A DNA stretch of 64,000 nt from Octopus sinensis. Lineage: Eukaryota. Of this stretch, positions 26,701-41,240 are shown one piece after another (position 1 is the first letter of the stretch; each line of letters starts with the position of its first letter). Both the position numbers and the translations under genes were made by a program. The DNA is taken from positions 120,156,001-120,220,000 of the forward strand of contig NC_042998.1 of the NCBI RefSeq assembly GCF_006345805.1. The letters are read 5' to 3'. The notes under the pieces were generated by a model that had not been told where the DNA came from, did no database searches, and was given only the letters and a program-made list of their open reading frames with translations.

Positions 26701-27065
26701 AATCTCTTTGGGCTTTGAATTCATGTGAATTTGTTGTTGTTTTTCCTTGAGTTAGCATTCATCCATCAGATTTGCAGTCAAGATTTTTCTGCTATCCTGT
26801 CTTTTTATTATACCTAGGGCTACATTGGTCAATGTCTCCTTCTTTTAAAGTGGTAGGATTTAATCAGATGAAAATCTAATTACTATTGCTGAAAGGCTGA
26901 GTAACTGCATAGAAGCTCTCCAATCATCCCGAACTCTCTGTCACAAGAGCTAGGTCATTTGCCAATAGAATTTGTATGAGCATGAATTTCTCTGTGAATT
27001 CCTTGTCTTTGAACTTTTTGACAGTATATAATTCCAATTCTGACCAGATTTCTAATATTCATTAA

Positions 27066-27287
27066 CCCTTTCGATACCAACGCGGCTGAAACCACCTTTA
27101 GTTCTGTAGTACAAATGTCTTGTTTTAATAGGTTTTGAAGTAAAATCTTAAACCAAACCTTAGTCACAATTTATGTTCTTAACACTAGCTGAATGATAAC
27201 TAAGTTATTTTACTAAATTCTTTGTTATATTTAAAATTAATTGAAAAAAATACAGAGAATCTCAAAAGAAATATGGTCACAAAAGGG
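27066..27287. mobile_element. piggyBac-type MITE, second family (partial copy from 21964)
   Basis: TTAA|CCCTTTCGATACC...GGTCACAAAAGGG|TTAA. Confidence 0.85.
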
Positions 27288-27689
27288 TTAAGTCCATTTA
27301 ACTGTCACTCAGTTGTATCATTGTTCATTAGATATTTTTCTCATTGAAGTTCTAGATGTTTAGAAGCCAATGAAATATTTTTTTGTTCATATACTTTCAC
27401 ATGGCTTCCTAAACTGTTATGTTACCTTTTGAGCTTAAGTTAAAATTTTAGAAATTCTCTACAGCAAATATAATCAGTTTCATGTGAGTTAGAGAGTGCT
27501 ACACTGCATACTACATGCTAAACATTCTTTATTAAATTTCTCAGTTTAAGTGGTGAGTGGACTTAGCATCATTTGTTAGCATTTCTCAGAAGGAAGATAA
27601 TTTCAAGAAATCACACTAATCTGTTTTGTAATATGTTGTTGTATTAATTAGTAAGTCTTATTACAAGGCAATAGTTTAGAGTGGTGGTT

Positions 27690-28115
27690 TGCAGAACTGT
27701 TAGAATGTCATAAAAAGTGCCTCATGTTATTTCTTACAGTTTTTAGCTTGAGATCAACTCTGTCAACTTTGCCTTTATCCTTTTGGAGTTGATAAAATAA
27801 GTGCCAGTCAAGTATTTGGCTCAAAGTAACAGACCAATCCAAATCCTTTGCCTCTCAAAATCGCTGGCCTTGTGCCTAAATTATAAATAGTTATTACAAG
27901 ATAGTAGGATGGTTGACTGGGGAGTCATTAGAGAAAGATGTCTTGTGATATTTGGTGTGGTTCATTATGTTGTGAGTGTAAATGCCATTGAGATCAACAT
28001 TGCCTTTCTTCTTTCCAGAGTTAATAAAATCCAGTAGGTCTAATATTAGGGGTTGATGTAATCGACTAGCCCACTTCCCTCAAAATTGCTGGATTTGTGC
28101 TTAAATTAGACAGTT
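27690..28115 (+). mobile_element. Two tandem family B SINEs
   Basis: Twice gtcaactttgccttt...gataaaataagt-ccagt...gatgtaatcgact...cctcaaaattgctggc-ttgtgcctaaatta-a-a-agttattacaag. Confidence 0.7.
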
Positions 28116-28549
28116 ATTACAAGGTAGTACAGAAAACCTCTATATTGTCACTTGGCCTGCTAGAAATAGGAACCAAGTGTCCTTCAAATCATATTCTACT
28201 ATCTTAAAATACATAGATACAAAAAATATATTCATGGATGTACAAGAAAATGTGATGGGCAAAGCTGGAGAGTCTTTATGGGTCTACTCAAATAGGGTTA
28301 CGTTTAAGCTAAACAAGTCTATATTATGGTTGTTTCTACCATTTTACATCCTTGCTGTTTACTGTAACAGTATGAGTGGGATTGCTTTTGGCAATGTGCT
28401 TTCTGTTTGAATCCTTGTTCATAAATCTGGATACCTTTCTTGTTACAAGTGGATAAGTTGTGAAGTGTATAAATGGAATCTTTTGTTCAAACAGACTAAG
28501 TTGAGTTTTTGTTCCTCCTTTAATTAGTTTGAAGAAACAAAGATAATAT

Positions 28550-29100
28550 CGATAACTTGCAGTCTCCAACAGACTGGTGAGTTCATCCTAATCGTCTGTA
28601 GGCTGATTCAAGTGGGAAAAACAAGCAAAGAGGGAGTTTCTGTGGTTTGGCTAAGTATTTAGTGAAGGATTTGATGGGGTGTGAGTGAAAAAAAGGTGAG
28701 TGCACTAATTGAGCTTGGGTGGGAAGATATAGAGGTGGTTATTAAAAAAAAAATGGAAGAAAAGAAGTACTCATTATATAAAAGACAGATAAAACATCAT
28801 ACTTTGAGAGTTATTGATTGCAGTGTAATTGGAGAGAGAGTCTTAAATATTTTTTTCATAATGGCTGTAATGGTAAAGCTTGCACTCATGTTAATTATGG
28901 CCAGTAATTTGTTTTGACAATTATTGTACCTCTTATTTATATACATATTTATTGGCACTCACTGTTTGGCATTGTAAAATTGACTTTTGGTTCAATGCAC
29001 TACATTTTTGACAAGATCTGTGAAGTCTTCCCAGAAATTGTTTTCTCACCTCTTGCAAATACTTGCAGAACCTCTATGTAGTGATTTGACCTGCAAGAAA
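28550..29100 (-). pseudogene. CR1-like LINE C-terminal relic
   Basis: The reverse strand shows a NSLPLLVFP-type end and the preceding LQSITLKV*CFICLLY (cf. LQPLSHRRNVASLSLFY); very degraded. Confidence 0.45.
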
Positions 29101-31278
29101 TATGAACCAAATCTTCCTTAAATCATTCTCCTACTTTAAAGAAAAAAAAAATCACCTAGACAGTGTAGTTCCTGGTATACGAAAAAATGGAATCATCATG
29201 GCTGGAATGCTGATTGGACTCAAAATAAAAAATATATTCATAACTTTCATTGCATATTTATTCAAAATTAGACTAAATTTACATTTTCAGATGAAACATT
29301 TATTGCAGTTTTAACAATCTCTATTAACAAGATCAATAAGTTTATGAGCATAAAGTAACTTGTAAAATATATGAAGTCTATAATCCATTTCTGTGGTCAT
29401 AGTATAGTTAGTATATGGAAGGAATTTCAATATGAATGCTCTAATTCAAATGCATTGGTAATCTTACCTTCTTGCTGCTTTAATATCTTTAATATTTGGA
29501 AAAGTTATTTTGAAATTACAAGGTCATCTTGTAGAACATTGGACACTTCTGCACACTATCTCAACAAACTAGATTCTTGTTGCACCCCTTCACTAAGTGT
29601 TATTGCTCCTCTAATCACAGGAAGTACTTGAGAACAGCACTTTTTATCAAACTTCTCATTTAATATCACGAGTCTATGTAGGAGCTAATGAGGACGTCTA
29701 TTTACAGTTACTTGATCTGCTAAAAACATCTGTTTAATCTTCATACTTAAAAATAATAAAGATGGAATTGTCCAAACTGGAGCACTTTCAATCATAAATC
29801 TGCTTGATGACAGCTGACCAGAGGATTAAACAAGTCTATTTCTCCAGCTTAGGTTACATGTCAACTCCAAGCTGCCTCAGATTTAACTGTTGGAGTGGTG
29901 AGCACCACAGAAGACACCACATTCCACTCCAAGATATAAACCCACAAAAGGAACTCAGCACTGTACATTAATGAATCATTTGTCAATTTTACAGAGCTAC
30001 TGTTTAGATGGTTGGGTTGTTCTTACCTCTGGTACCTATTTTCAATTAGATGATTTGGGCCATGAAGACAACAGAACCAACAAACTTTTGACTTCTTGTT
30101 TGGTTTATTTTCTTGTCCATTCAGCCATTTACACAATTTTGGGAATATAGGACTCGACAAAGTGTTAGTGACGAGCTTGGTGAGGCAGCTGAGAGAATGC
30201 AAGGTAGATGAATAGGGTGTTCAGAAAAAAACCAAAAACAATTGAGACAAAAGGACACAACACGTCAGTGTTGAGGAGCAAAAGTTTGCTAACCAGTTAG
30301 CTGCTTTTTAGACATTGTCTAGAATTTTGTATGAGCAACACTTATGATGCCCTAGATATGTGGGCAATACTCATATGTGAAGCCTGCTTTTAATTTGTTT
30401 AGGCTCAATAACTGTTTAGAGCTAAAGCAGTCACTGTCTGAAAATAAAGTTTAGTATTTGAGATTTGACTAAGTTTAAGACATGGAAATTAGTACTCAAA
30501 ATAACTATAAGGAAAAATTAAGTCATCCTGTGTTGATTCTCTTGTGTATTAACATGAGTGTTAATATAGTATAATTAGTAGAAAACTATCAACTATTGTA
30601 TTTGTCATTATAATGCCACAAGGATCTGAGATAAATTGTTTTTGTGTATAAGATTAGATCATAGAATGTCCAGATATTGTGAACACTTCTGTGATTCAAT
30701 CCTGTAATCTGATCCCCTCTTATCTTCATTCTGAATAAGCAGCAGCATTAGTGTCTACAACTTTCAACATTACATTGATACTGCTACTGCTGCACTGTCA
30801 CCTTGGCTTCAGTCAAAAGTTTCTACAAGCAAATACTATGACAGTGAAGATGAGTGTTCTACTGAAATCATTTAAGTATTACAACGATTAAACTCTCTCA
30901 GTTTGGAGTTACTGTGTCATGGGAGGATACTGAAGCATTACTCAAAATTGAAGTGTGGGTATACTGTACTTCTAGGTTATTGTTGCCCACTAACTACTGA
31001 AGTAGCAGCAAGTTAAACATCTGTTTTACTGAATCATTTCAAAAGCATCCTTTGTGACTCAACAATAATATGACATGAGTGTGGTTTACATACTGGAAAT
31101 AAAAAGTTTTACCTTCCTAAATTACATAAAACGCATTTGGCTTTGTCTTTAAATAGGAAAATTATTTTTATAACTGAATGTTTCTTTTTTCTGCAACTAA
31201 TCATTGAACTATGAAGTAGTACCTGTTGATATACAAGCAAACTGAAGGACACTAGTTGTGCATTATATATAATGTGTA

Positions 31279-31326
<48 letters not shown>

Positions 31327-32273
31327 CAAAAGTTTATTACTTTATAATGATTTTACTTAAGATATATGAATATTAAAAATCATCAAGCTTTGTATTTATA
31401 ATTAGAAGTCAGAAATATGAATATAGCAAGAGAGGTGGGATATTAGGAACAAGTATCTTTTAGAATGGCATGACCTTACCTCATCTATTTCCTATATTTC
31501 TTTGGCTTAGGTCCATTATAGACAGTAAACTGTTCATTAAGTACAATTTTAGTCACATTGTATGCTAGGACATATTTCACAGCTAAACTAGCAAAATATT
31601 GATTTAATTCTTGTTTAATTTTTGTTTCAGTTCTGTAGTCTAGTGAGGCTTGTTATTCATTGATCTCTATGTGATTATGCTACATTAAACACACATAAAT
31701 AGTAAAATAACAGCTAGGTGTATTTGTTACACTGAAATGTTTAGATTTCATATAAGAACTTTAAAAAAATGATCAGTAGCATTGAAGTAGATATAAAAGT
31801 TTCAAGATTGATATATTAGGGATCATAGGACCTTTGTGGTCAATAAATTATTATTATTCTGTTATGCTTTCAACATGTTTTTCTGATCTGTGTGAAGCAT
31901 TGTCTTTTGTGGACATAGAATTGCTTGTAAACTACATCAGTGTTACTTCATTGTGGAGCTCGTTATCTTAGTGTTTTGGCTGTTTGTTGTATAGAATATA
32001 TGCAATATGAGTTACGTTATTTTGTTGGTTGGTGAAAGTTGAGTTATGTCTTTTAGTGTTGGGTGGTGATTTGTGTAGATTATGTGTTGAGCTGGTTGTA
32101 TCATATTAATTTTTGTAATTGTTATATCAGTTGATTTGTGGTTTTATCTTGGAATTTTGTCACTGCCTTGTGTAAATCATTTTACTTCTTTTGGTTTTGC
32201 GTTATTTGGTGTCATTAGCAAGTGTTTCACAAATTTCCTTTATAAAACCCTTACTTCCAAATTTTTTTTGTAG

Positions 32274-32324
32274 CCCAACATCCTGCTAAGGAGTTATTTG
32301 GGTTGGCAGCTCTACTTTATGAAG
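32274..32324 (+). CDS. TRIO: Probable upstream coding exon (51 nt, phase 1-1) of the same Trio gene
   Basis: ttttttttgTAG acceptor and AAG|GTAAGT donor. Phase-1 frame is (A)QHPAKELFGLAALLYE(G) and splices in frame to 60834. AKELFGLAALLYEG aligns without gaps to human TRIO AKDLADIAAFFRSG (recalled), which directly precedes the same exon junction. An in-frame TAA at 32243 and no ATG mean it is an internal exon. Confidence 0.68.
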
Positions 32325-33946
32325 GTAAGTTTTATCTTTAATGCAAGGTGTCCCCCCATTTTGGCTTTAGTGTCTCTAGTATGTATATCTTAGTTGTCAC
32401 TGTGTATATTATTGTGAGTCTGGCATGTTATATTGTTTTGTGAATATATATAAAAAATTTTCTGTTGTCATGTGCAAATTTTCACCTAATGCACATATAA
32501 TTTTCTATATTTAACATTTTTTCATATGTTTTAAGGTGTTGTAATATAATTTAATATCATAGATAAATAGACAAGTCAATTGATTCTCTTATAAAAAATG
32601 TTAAATTTATTAAGGCATTAATTTCTAAGAAAAAATTAAAATTTATCTCCATTGACTTAGAATTGTGTTTCTAGAAATATTTTATGTTTGCTGGTTCTTA
32701 ATAGACATTTTCAGTTTGTTTTTATATTATTTTTTTTATTATCTTATAGCATAAAAGGCAAATAATTATTGGTTTAATTTACTTATGTTCTAATGAATTC
32801 TAAGTAAATGAAACAAATGTTCAGCAATTTTTCAATTTAATATTAAGCATAATAAAGCCAAATGAATACTGAAATATATATGCAGCTATGAAAGAACTCT
32901 CACGTGCATATAATGCACCTATGCATTGTCTTTAGTCATCGGCATCATTATCTTTATATCAAGAAAAGTATCTTCTAAAACTGAAACCACCACAAGTTTG
33001 GTTCTGTTTACCATCTTTTCACAATATTATCTTTTCTTAAAGATCTGTATTAGACACTTTTTTCTTTTTTCTTCTAGAAGCTTTACATTTTTGTAAATCT
33101 CATTCTGCACAAGTCATTAATGTTGCCTGTATACAATTTCAAAAACAAAAGCATAATTATGTGTAGTAAGTACTCTACTCCTACTTAAAGGGTAGTCTTT
33201 TCATAGTTGATTATGGTAGAAACGTGCTTAGATTAATATTCTTTGTTGTACCAGATAGCTTTTTATTTCAGTGAGTGAGTGAAGATGATAATAAAAGTTT
33301 GCAGCTATTGCGTGTGTTACCTAATTTAGTCTTCTTTGTTTAGCAAAATGTCTCATACGTAGGTTTTTGCTGTCAAAGTTTGAACTAGATCAATACTTCC
33401 TAATTGATGTTGGTAGAGTGGTGTATGTTTTTCCATCAAAATTTCCTATAACTTTAATATCAGAATTTTAATAGAAACTCATTTACAGTTGTGCAGTTTT
33501 ACACATTTTTGTTTTTTATATTTTTATCATTATTAATTCATTACTTATATTTTGATATTTGTCAATGATATTTCAATTTAAAATATTTTAGCCTTGATAC
33601 AAAGATTGTTATTTTAGATTATTCTTGTACTCATATATATTAAACTTAACCATTTAGACATATTGCATTTTTAGAGAAGTACAATCAACAAGTATTAAAA
33701 TTACATTTTTGAAATTTGTATTAAAAGTTAAATTTGCATGTTAATGTTCCTAAGTCATTAGTGTTAATAGCATGGAATGTTAACAAGGTTTTACATTAAG
33801 TCTGTTTAATGTTTTCATTTTTTACTGTTGTACTGCATTGATGTTTCTGTGTTGTTGTTGCTATTATTATTGATGTTATTTCATGGATTCTGTTAATTTT
33901 AGTGATTTTATTTTCATTTTATGCTGTTCTGTTTTCAAATGATAGT

Positions 33947-33982
<36 letters not shown>

Positions 33983-34534
33983 TTCATGAACAACTACTGT
34001 CTGTATCCAACATATTGATATAAATTGTGATTCATTAATGCTGTCAAATAGCTGGTTGGAAAGCTGATTGCAAAACAGAGGCAAGGACATGTGAATCAGA
34101 ACATAATGCCTTAGGGATTATATTAACCATAATTCTCTTTATTGTATTACTCATTGTATGAATCATTTGATTTAGAAATCTAAATCTTAATCCATACACA
34201 GAACAGAAATCAATTTTGAGTATTATTTATGATATTCCAATTTTGATTTATATTGTTGCACATATGAGTATAAAATTAGAATATTGCATCTGCATTGTAT
34301 AAAATAATGATTTTATTCAGATGGTCAACATCTAGAGGTTACAGCTGTTAAACAGTTAAATTGTGCTTTGGTATCCCCCTTCCCCACCTTGTGCACTAAC
34401 ACAACCTTACGTTCATTCAGATCAGCAGCTTCCTGTGTGTCTGTGACCTTGTCACTCTATCTTCCCATGCTTAAAGTATGCAACACCCTTATTAGCATTT
34501 TTTGTCAATTGTGTTGAATTGAAAACACCCTTAA

Positions 34535-34741
34535 CCCTTTTGTTACTGTATTTATTTTGAAATGCTCTGTGTTTCTTTCAATTACTTTAAATATAACAAA
34601 GAATTTAGTAAAATAACTTAGCATTCAGCTAGTGTTAGGAACATAAATTGTGGAAGATTTTAATTAAAACCTTATGAAAACAAGGCATTTATTTGTACAA
34701 CAGTGCCAGAGCCGGTTTCAGCCGGGTTGGTAACGAAAGGG
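34535..34741. mobile_element. TTAA MITE, same family as 27066-27287, opposite orientation
   Basis: TTAA|CCCTTTTGTTAC...GTAACGAAAGGG|TTAA. Confidence 0.85.
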
Positions 34742-37700
34742 TTAATATGATCTATGACTCTGAGGCTAGAAGCTATTGGTTTAGATTGATGAAATATAGT
34801 GTGAAAAGTATAGCAAGGATGGTGTATATGTCTAATCCTGAAGTTATAAAATCCTGTAAGTTTAACAAGTCAAAAGATATAAAAACTCATGTTGAACTGC
34901 AAACCAAACAGAAAATACCTCCGTGTATGTGGTCAGTGCTGATTTTTAAATGATAGATCATATTTTCCACGTGAAGATTGCTGTGGGAAATACTATTTAT
35001 CGTTGTTATGACTTTACTGCTAAGATTTTAATATAAACTATATTAGACATTATAAGCCCTAATTGAAGCAATAGGTTTGCTGATAGGACTCAATCCATGT
35101 CTCAGTCACTTGCTGAGTCAACTACATTACATTACAAAACACCTGTCATTCTATCTCCTCAAAGTGAATACTATAGTGCAGGCTGATGAAATCTAATAAA
35201 AACCTGGTCATTAACTTTTCTTTGTTTTACTGGTTTCATTCATTGGATTGTGGCTATGTTGGGATACCAATGAATTTAGTTGATCATATTGACTTCAGTA
35301 CTTCAGTCATGTACTTGTTTATCTGTTTTTCAAATGATTACGTTAGTTTTCAACATAAATGGATGCAATTCAGTGCCCACCATATGCATACACATACATA
35401 TTCACTTGTGTGTGTGTGTGTATGTGTTTATTCTCAAACTCTTTATCTCTCCCCTATCACCCTCTTTCATCAATAAACATGTGTTACTCCAATAAGACCT
35501 GTCATTGTAAACCATCTTGCCTAAGCTGGCACAGCAGACATACTGATCCATTCCATTACTAAATTCACCACCATTATCACTCCCCGCCCATCTCCACATT
35601 AATCATTGGCATGATTCTCTCCCTTTCCGTGTCTTCATTATTCACACCTGAATACTGTTCCTTCTATTGTTCTCTCTCTTACTATCCTTTTACAACAACA
35701 AATCTGTTCCATTCATCTTTCATTTTGTAAGCTGCAAGGCAACCCCTGGTACCATAAAAGCTTTCATTACCTTCTATAAGTGATTGGCAATCAATTCAAG
35801 CAGTGACAATTGCAGAGTTTGAGACAGTTTGTTAGTCTTGCTGAATGCAAGGTAACCTCTATAGTACTGATGCCATGAAAAAATGCATACACTTCACCCT
35901 GTAAAGTGGTTGGTGTTAGGAAGAGTATTCAACAGTAGAAAACATACTTGATCATATCTCTATATGATGCAAGATGTAATTCTCTGTTGAACTGTCTACT
36001 TATGCTATCTGGAAAACAGATATAAAATGATGATGATGTTGAGATGTAATCAGTAGAAATAGTGTAGATTAACAAATGTAGGAATTAGAAGTTTGAGAAG
36101 ACTGGGCTTTGTTGATTTGACCTTGTCATATTGCTCTCTTTATTCTTCCACCCAAATTAGACAGATAGTTGTTTGTACACCACTATAAATTTACCTGGGA
36201 TACTTCATTTGTAGTTGGTCCACAGCATTTGTGCTTGGACTACACCTTGGTTACAGAAGTTATATCTGGGTTGCAGAAGTTCTGTCTAGCTTGCATATGG
36301 TGTATATGAGTCACTGCAGTTGTACATGAACCATTACATGGCCAACTTGTACATGGCCAACTACAGTTGAATGACTGCTATAATTGTACTACCTTATCAA
36401 CTGCAGTTGTGAACAATTACTGTAGATATTAAGTCCAGACTAGTAATAAAGAGAATAGTTTAAATAAGGCTTTGTTCTCATAAAATGAGGGTTGTGATGT
36501 ATATATATATATAGCTTAAGCAATAATAAATCTCTGAACTTACCTTTCTTGAAATTGGTATTTATGTCTTGATTTCATTAGCAGATTATCAGATTCTCTC
36601 AGAAGAATATAATAAATATCATTGATGATGTGACTATCTGACAGAAGTTACTGCTATTATTTAACTTGTCTACGGCTTGTGTGTGACTTCAGATGAACCT
36701 CAGTCGGCAAGTTGCTATATCTGATTTACTGTCTAGAAAAATATTCTATTTTTCACAAATTGGCCAAGAAAGCTTTCATTTTCTATCTTAAAATGTCATG
36801 TTTTATTGTAACAGTGTGTTACTGAGGAGGCCTAACTAGTAGACTTCACAGAACTGAGTTAACAGTTGACAGGAAGTTAAATTTAAATGTTATGAATGAG
36901 ACACGTTTCATATGCTATACTTGACAGTGTATAAAGTTAGTAATAGTTGATAGGTTATTGAGGAAGAGATAATGAATTCTATAGAATTTATCCATTTGTG
37001 CAAAGATGGGCAATCTATGTTACATTTACTAAAGAAGCAGGTTATTTAGTTGAATACATTTTTAAGCAATCATTCAAAATTATTTCCGTTTCTCGCTGTT
37101 ATATTTTTGTAATGGTAGAACAATAAGTACACTTCAGTGGTGGTAGAACTAGTTTGTCAACCCTCTTGTAAAACCACCACCTAACTTTTGGTGTCTTTAG
37201 CAGAGTCCATTCTGTGGCATGCATTCAGCCCAAGTCTCCAACCTGGAAAAAACTTGTCTTGATGTGCTGCTTCATACTACAGCAGCTGATAAGATGTGCC
37301 CCCCCCCCTCCATCTACTTGTCTTGGAGGCTCTACAGTGTTCATGAGATCTGTCCTTCCTCCTCTGACTAAACCATAAAAAATCCAGACCTTCACTCACC
37401 TGGTATAAGAATCATTGTTATTACTTTACTTTTATCTGTTAATTATTTCTTGTTAATTTATAACCTTGCTAATACTATTTTAATTTTATTAGTTGGATTG
37501 ATAGATTTCTTATAAATATCAATAAGAATATAACACTAATTCTTATATCTACCTGCTATAAATGTTGAAAATACTCTGGAATACAGGAGCTTTTTTTTAG
37601 AGGATATGATTTCAAAGATGTTACCTCAACAAGAGAAGATTGAGAGTACAAAGACAAGCAGATTGTGTATGACTATTGGCATGACACACACTGTTAATGA

Positions 37701-40093
37701 TATGTATATACCAGTTAAGTGAATGCTCTCAGGAACTTCTATATGCTGATGATGTGATTTGCATTTTTATGAAATGAGAATCTGATAGGAATCAAGAAAA
37801 TGTGAAAGTTGTATAGTAAATAAGTGAATATGACTATGACATTAGTTTTATTTGCCACTACATGATTTTGTTTAGAGGAATAATGTTAATAGTGTCAGTG
37901 GTACAGTGATATAAGCTGTAGTTACACTGGCTGGAAAACTTGGAAGAAAATCAATTCAGCCACATTTGTCTGTAGCAACAGTTTATTACATGTAATTGTA
38001 AGTTAATTCTGTTGATCCAGCTACTAACATCATTGGGAATAGTTGTTACTGTTTAGCTCCAGATCAGCCCTGGTTGAGTAGTACTAAGATCAAAGATGTT
38101 GCAGTTGTGACCATTCCATCTTTTTCTCCAGATAATGTATTTGGGATTATATTATCCAATATCTTCCTCCTGTTATCGTGGTAGGTGTGATTTTAGGGAG
38201 ATTTGGCTGCTTTATCTTGTAGCCATGTGAAAAATTCAAGAGTATTGTCAAAACATCTGAACATTTGTGTGAATGGTAATATTGTATAACTACTATGTAA
38301 CATATATTGAATGTGTGGAGCATACACAGGGTGTATAAAAGGATGCAGTTGGTAAGGTTTATTGAATGGACATACTTACACACCCTGAGCAGACACTGAT
38401 TTCCTAAATTTGGTAGAAAATAAGGAATCTCTTGAAATGATTATATAAGAATGATTTATGAAGAAGTGAAACGTCAATGGGTTGTCAACAAGTAAAAGGG
38501 GGAAAATATGTCATATAGAATTTAAGAAAGTGTATGTATGTGTGAACATGAAGGGTGAATGGTGCTATTTTCAAAAGTAAGCCATTTTATGTGTAAGCAT
38601 TGGAAAACAAGTTTGTAAATGTGTGTTGCTAATAGAATAAAGAATTCTGAAATCAAATACTGAATATAACCACTCAGATTACTTATAGGTTATCTGGTTA
38701 ACTGATTATTTTATTGATTCTGTTATTAACAAGATAGCTCCTCAGGAAAGACATTTTGTAATTTCAAAATTTTAAAACTGGCATATACTGCATTTTCAAA
38801 GTTTGTCGTCATACCTTTTCTTAAACATCTTCACATTTCAGTTACTTGAATGTAACTAAACTTCCACATATTACCACTACATTTTAGGCTATTTATTTTA
38901 TCAGTTACACCATTTAAACACACATAGAGGAAAAAAGAAATAATGTTACAAGTGTTCTAGCAGTAATAAAATAGAATACCTAAGTAAACCAGAGGATTGG
39001 TGTATAACACGAACGTAAAGTTAGGCTGAACTAAGAAAGTGGTTTTCTGGTAAATCATGTTGTTAGTAAAAACAATGGTTAGTATAAATGAGGAAAAACT
39101 GGAAATAGTGGACACTAATTATGAAGCATTGAAGTTTTTTTTTATTTATAGTTAGCTGTAGGTGGGGGAGCAATGCCTAACTTTTGAAGGCCTTCTCAGG
39201 CTAGTGAGATTAATGTGACCAAGGCTCAGTCTGAACAACTTCATAAAAACTGTGGCTGAAGAGAAGCCAAGGGTTCCAACCAAGAGCCCTATTATAATTT
39301 TAGCTATAAATTATAAAGATTTGGAAAAAAGTATTGAAACTATGTGGGGGTAGGGAACAAAACCAGTAATATTAAAATCATTTAATGTGGTGCATGCACA
39401 AGTGAATTGTACATGGTGCTGGCATGATTGCTATTCACATGGCACCAACACAAGTGCTAATTCACATGGGGCTGGCACTAGTGCGTTTCACATAGTGTTG
39501 GCATGAGTACTTTTTACATGACACCAGCATAATAATAAGAAATCTATAAACTAAATTCATATTCTTGAAAATCACAAAAACTGATTAGAATTGTTTCATT
39601 GTATGGTAAGTTCATTTCTAGACCATCTTAACAATACTTAGGAAGATCATTTACTTATGTTATTGTTTTGCCAAGACATTTAAATACCTTTCCCCAGTTG
39701 ACAGATGCTAATTACATTATTATTATGATTATTATTATTGTTATTTTTTTTTGTAATGATTTCTTAATTGTCTCAGGAATAAATCAGACTAAATTCCAAG
39801 ATTAAATTCTAAGATATCATTTTCATAATTTTATTTTGAAATTTATAACTTCTCTAAATCCTATTTTGAATTGGTCTTTAAGCTTTAAAAGCGTACAGTT
39901 TCAAAAATCAATAATCTTGTTTGGAATATCATTGACAGTTAAAATGTGATTTGTTAAAATTGTTATGAACTTGTGTTAACAACCAGAATGTTTTCTATTT
40001 TAGTGGTTTTAATATATTTTATTACTTCAATCTAATAATTTTTTCTTATACCTAAATTTTTGCCTGCCTATTACTTATTATTACTCATCATCA

Positions 40094-40140
<47 letters not shown>

Positions 40141-41240
40141 AATTTGAACTCAGTGTTTTTGTGTATTTAATTTTTGAGCTATTTTTTGTATATTATAAAA
40201 TATCTTGAATATTTTTTACTACTTTAGAAATTGTTGTTTGTCATCAACATACAAATAAACTAATCTCTCACTTCCATTTTCTAAGTTATTTAGTATTCTT
40301 TTTTGAAAACATTGGATTTGTCCATTAGAAGTTTGTGAATTTTTATTTGTACCCACTTAACTAATTTTGCCTCAGATATGAAACTTGAAGCTTATTTCTT
40401 TGTTTAACACCATCTCCTTGTTTTTTGGTAATTTAAGTGGGTCTATTGTAAGTGCTCAGATTGTAAGCCACTTTTTTCTGTTTCCAGTATTCCTGCAAAA
40501 ATTAACCTGTGGAAGTCCAGGCTGGGCATCAACCACATCCATCTTCCCAGTTAATAGAGGGTACCATGCACAGATCACTGACTAACTTATAATTTTCTGT
40601 CTCCTCTCAAATTCTTCCAAATCTTGATTTCTGTCTCATTAGTCAGTCTCTTATCAAATAATAATAATAATAATCTATATATATATATATATATTTTACT
40701 TACATATTATTTATATGCTAACTGTTGCCAACAATGCCAGTTGTATAGGCGAAGCAAAATCTTTGGATATTTATAAATTCATATTTCTTGTTGTTTATGT
40801 ATTAATTAATTTATGCTCTAATTCTTTGATGCAATTCCATATAAATCATTATTAAATCTACACGGATAACTCCTGCCATATAAGTGATATTTGATTCTTT
40901 ATTTGATTCTTCTTGGAAACTACTTGAACAACATCAGTTATTCTAATATTTGTTCACCATTCTGATGACTTAACTTTCAAACAATACATTGTATCTGTGT
41001 ATGAGTGTGTATGTGCTCATGTGTTAAACATGTTTGTTATCAATATATTTCTCTTTGTTACTCCCCATTATCATTGGATTTTTTAGTAATTTCTGATTAA
41101 AATATTTTTTACATATATCATTTTAATGACATGGTGCAATAAAGCAATATGTATGTGTACATATGTATATTTATATTACACACACTCATACATATATATT
41201 GTTGCTAATATCTGGTTGCTAATATCCCTTGTTGCCAATA

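Noticed and set aside
35165-35215. CTGATGA motif as another hammerhead
   Set aside because: No stem II or GAAAC downstream.
39585-39612. ATG|GTAAGT as an alternative Trio first exon
   Set aside because: Phase 0 is incompatible with the phase-1 downstream exon, and the phase-1 frame has a stop and no ATG.
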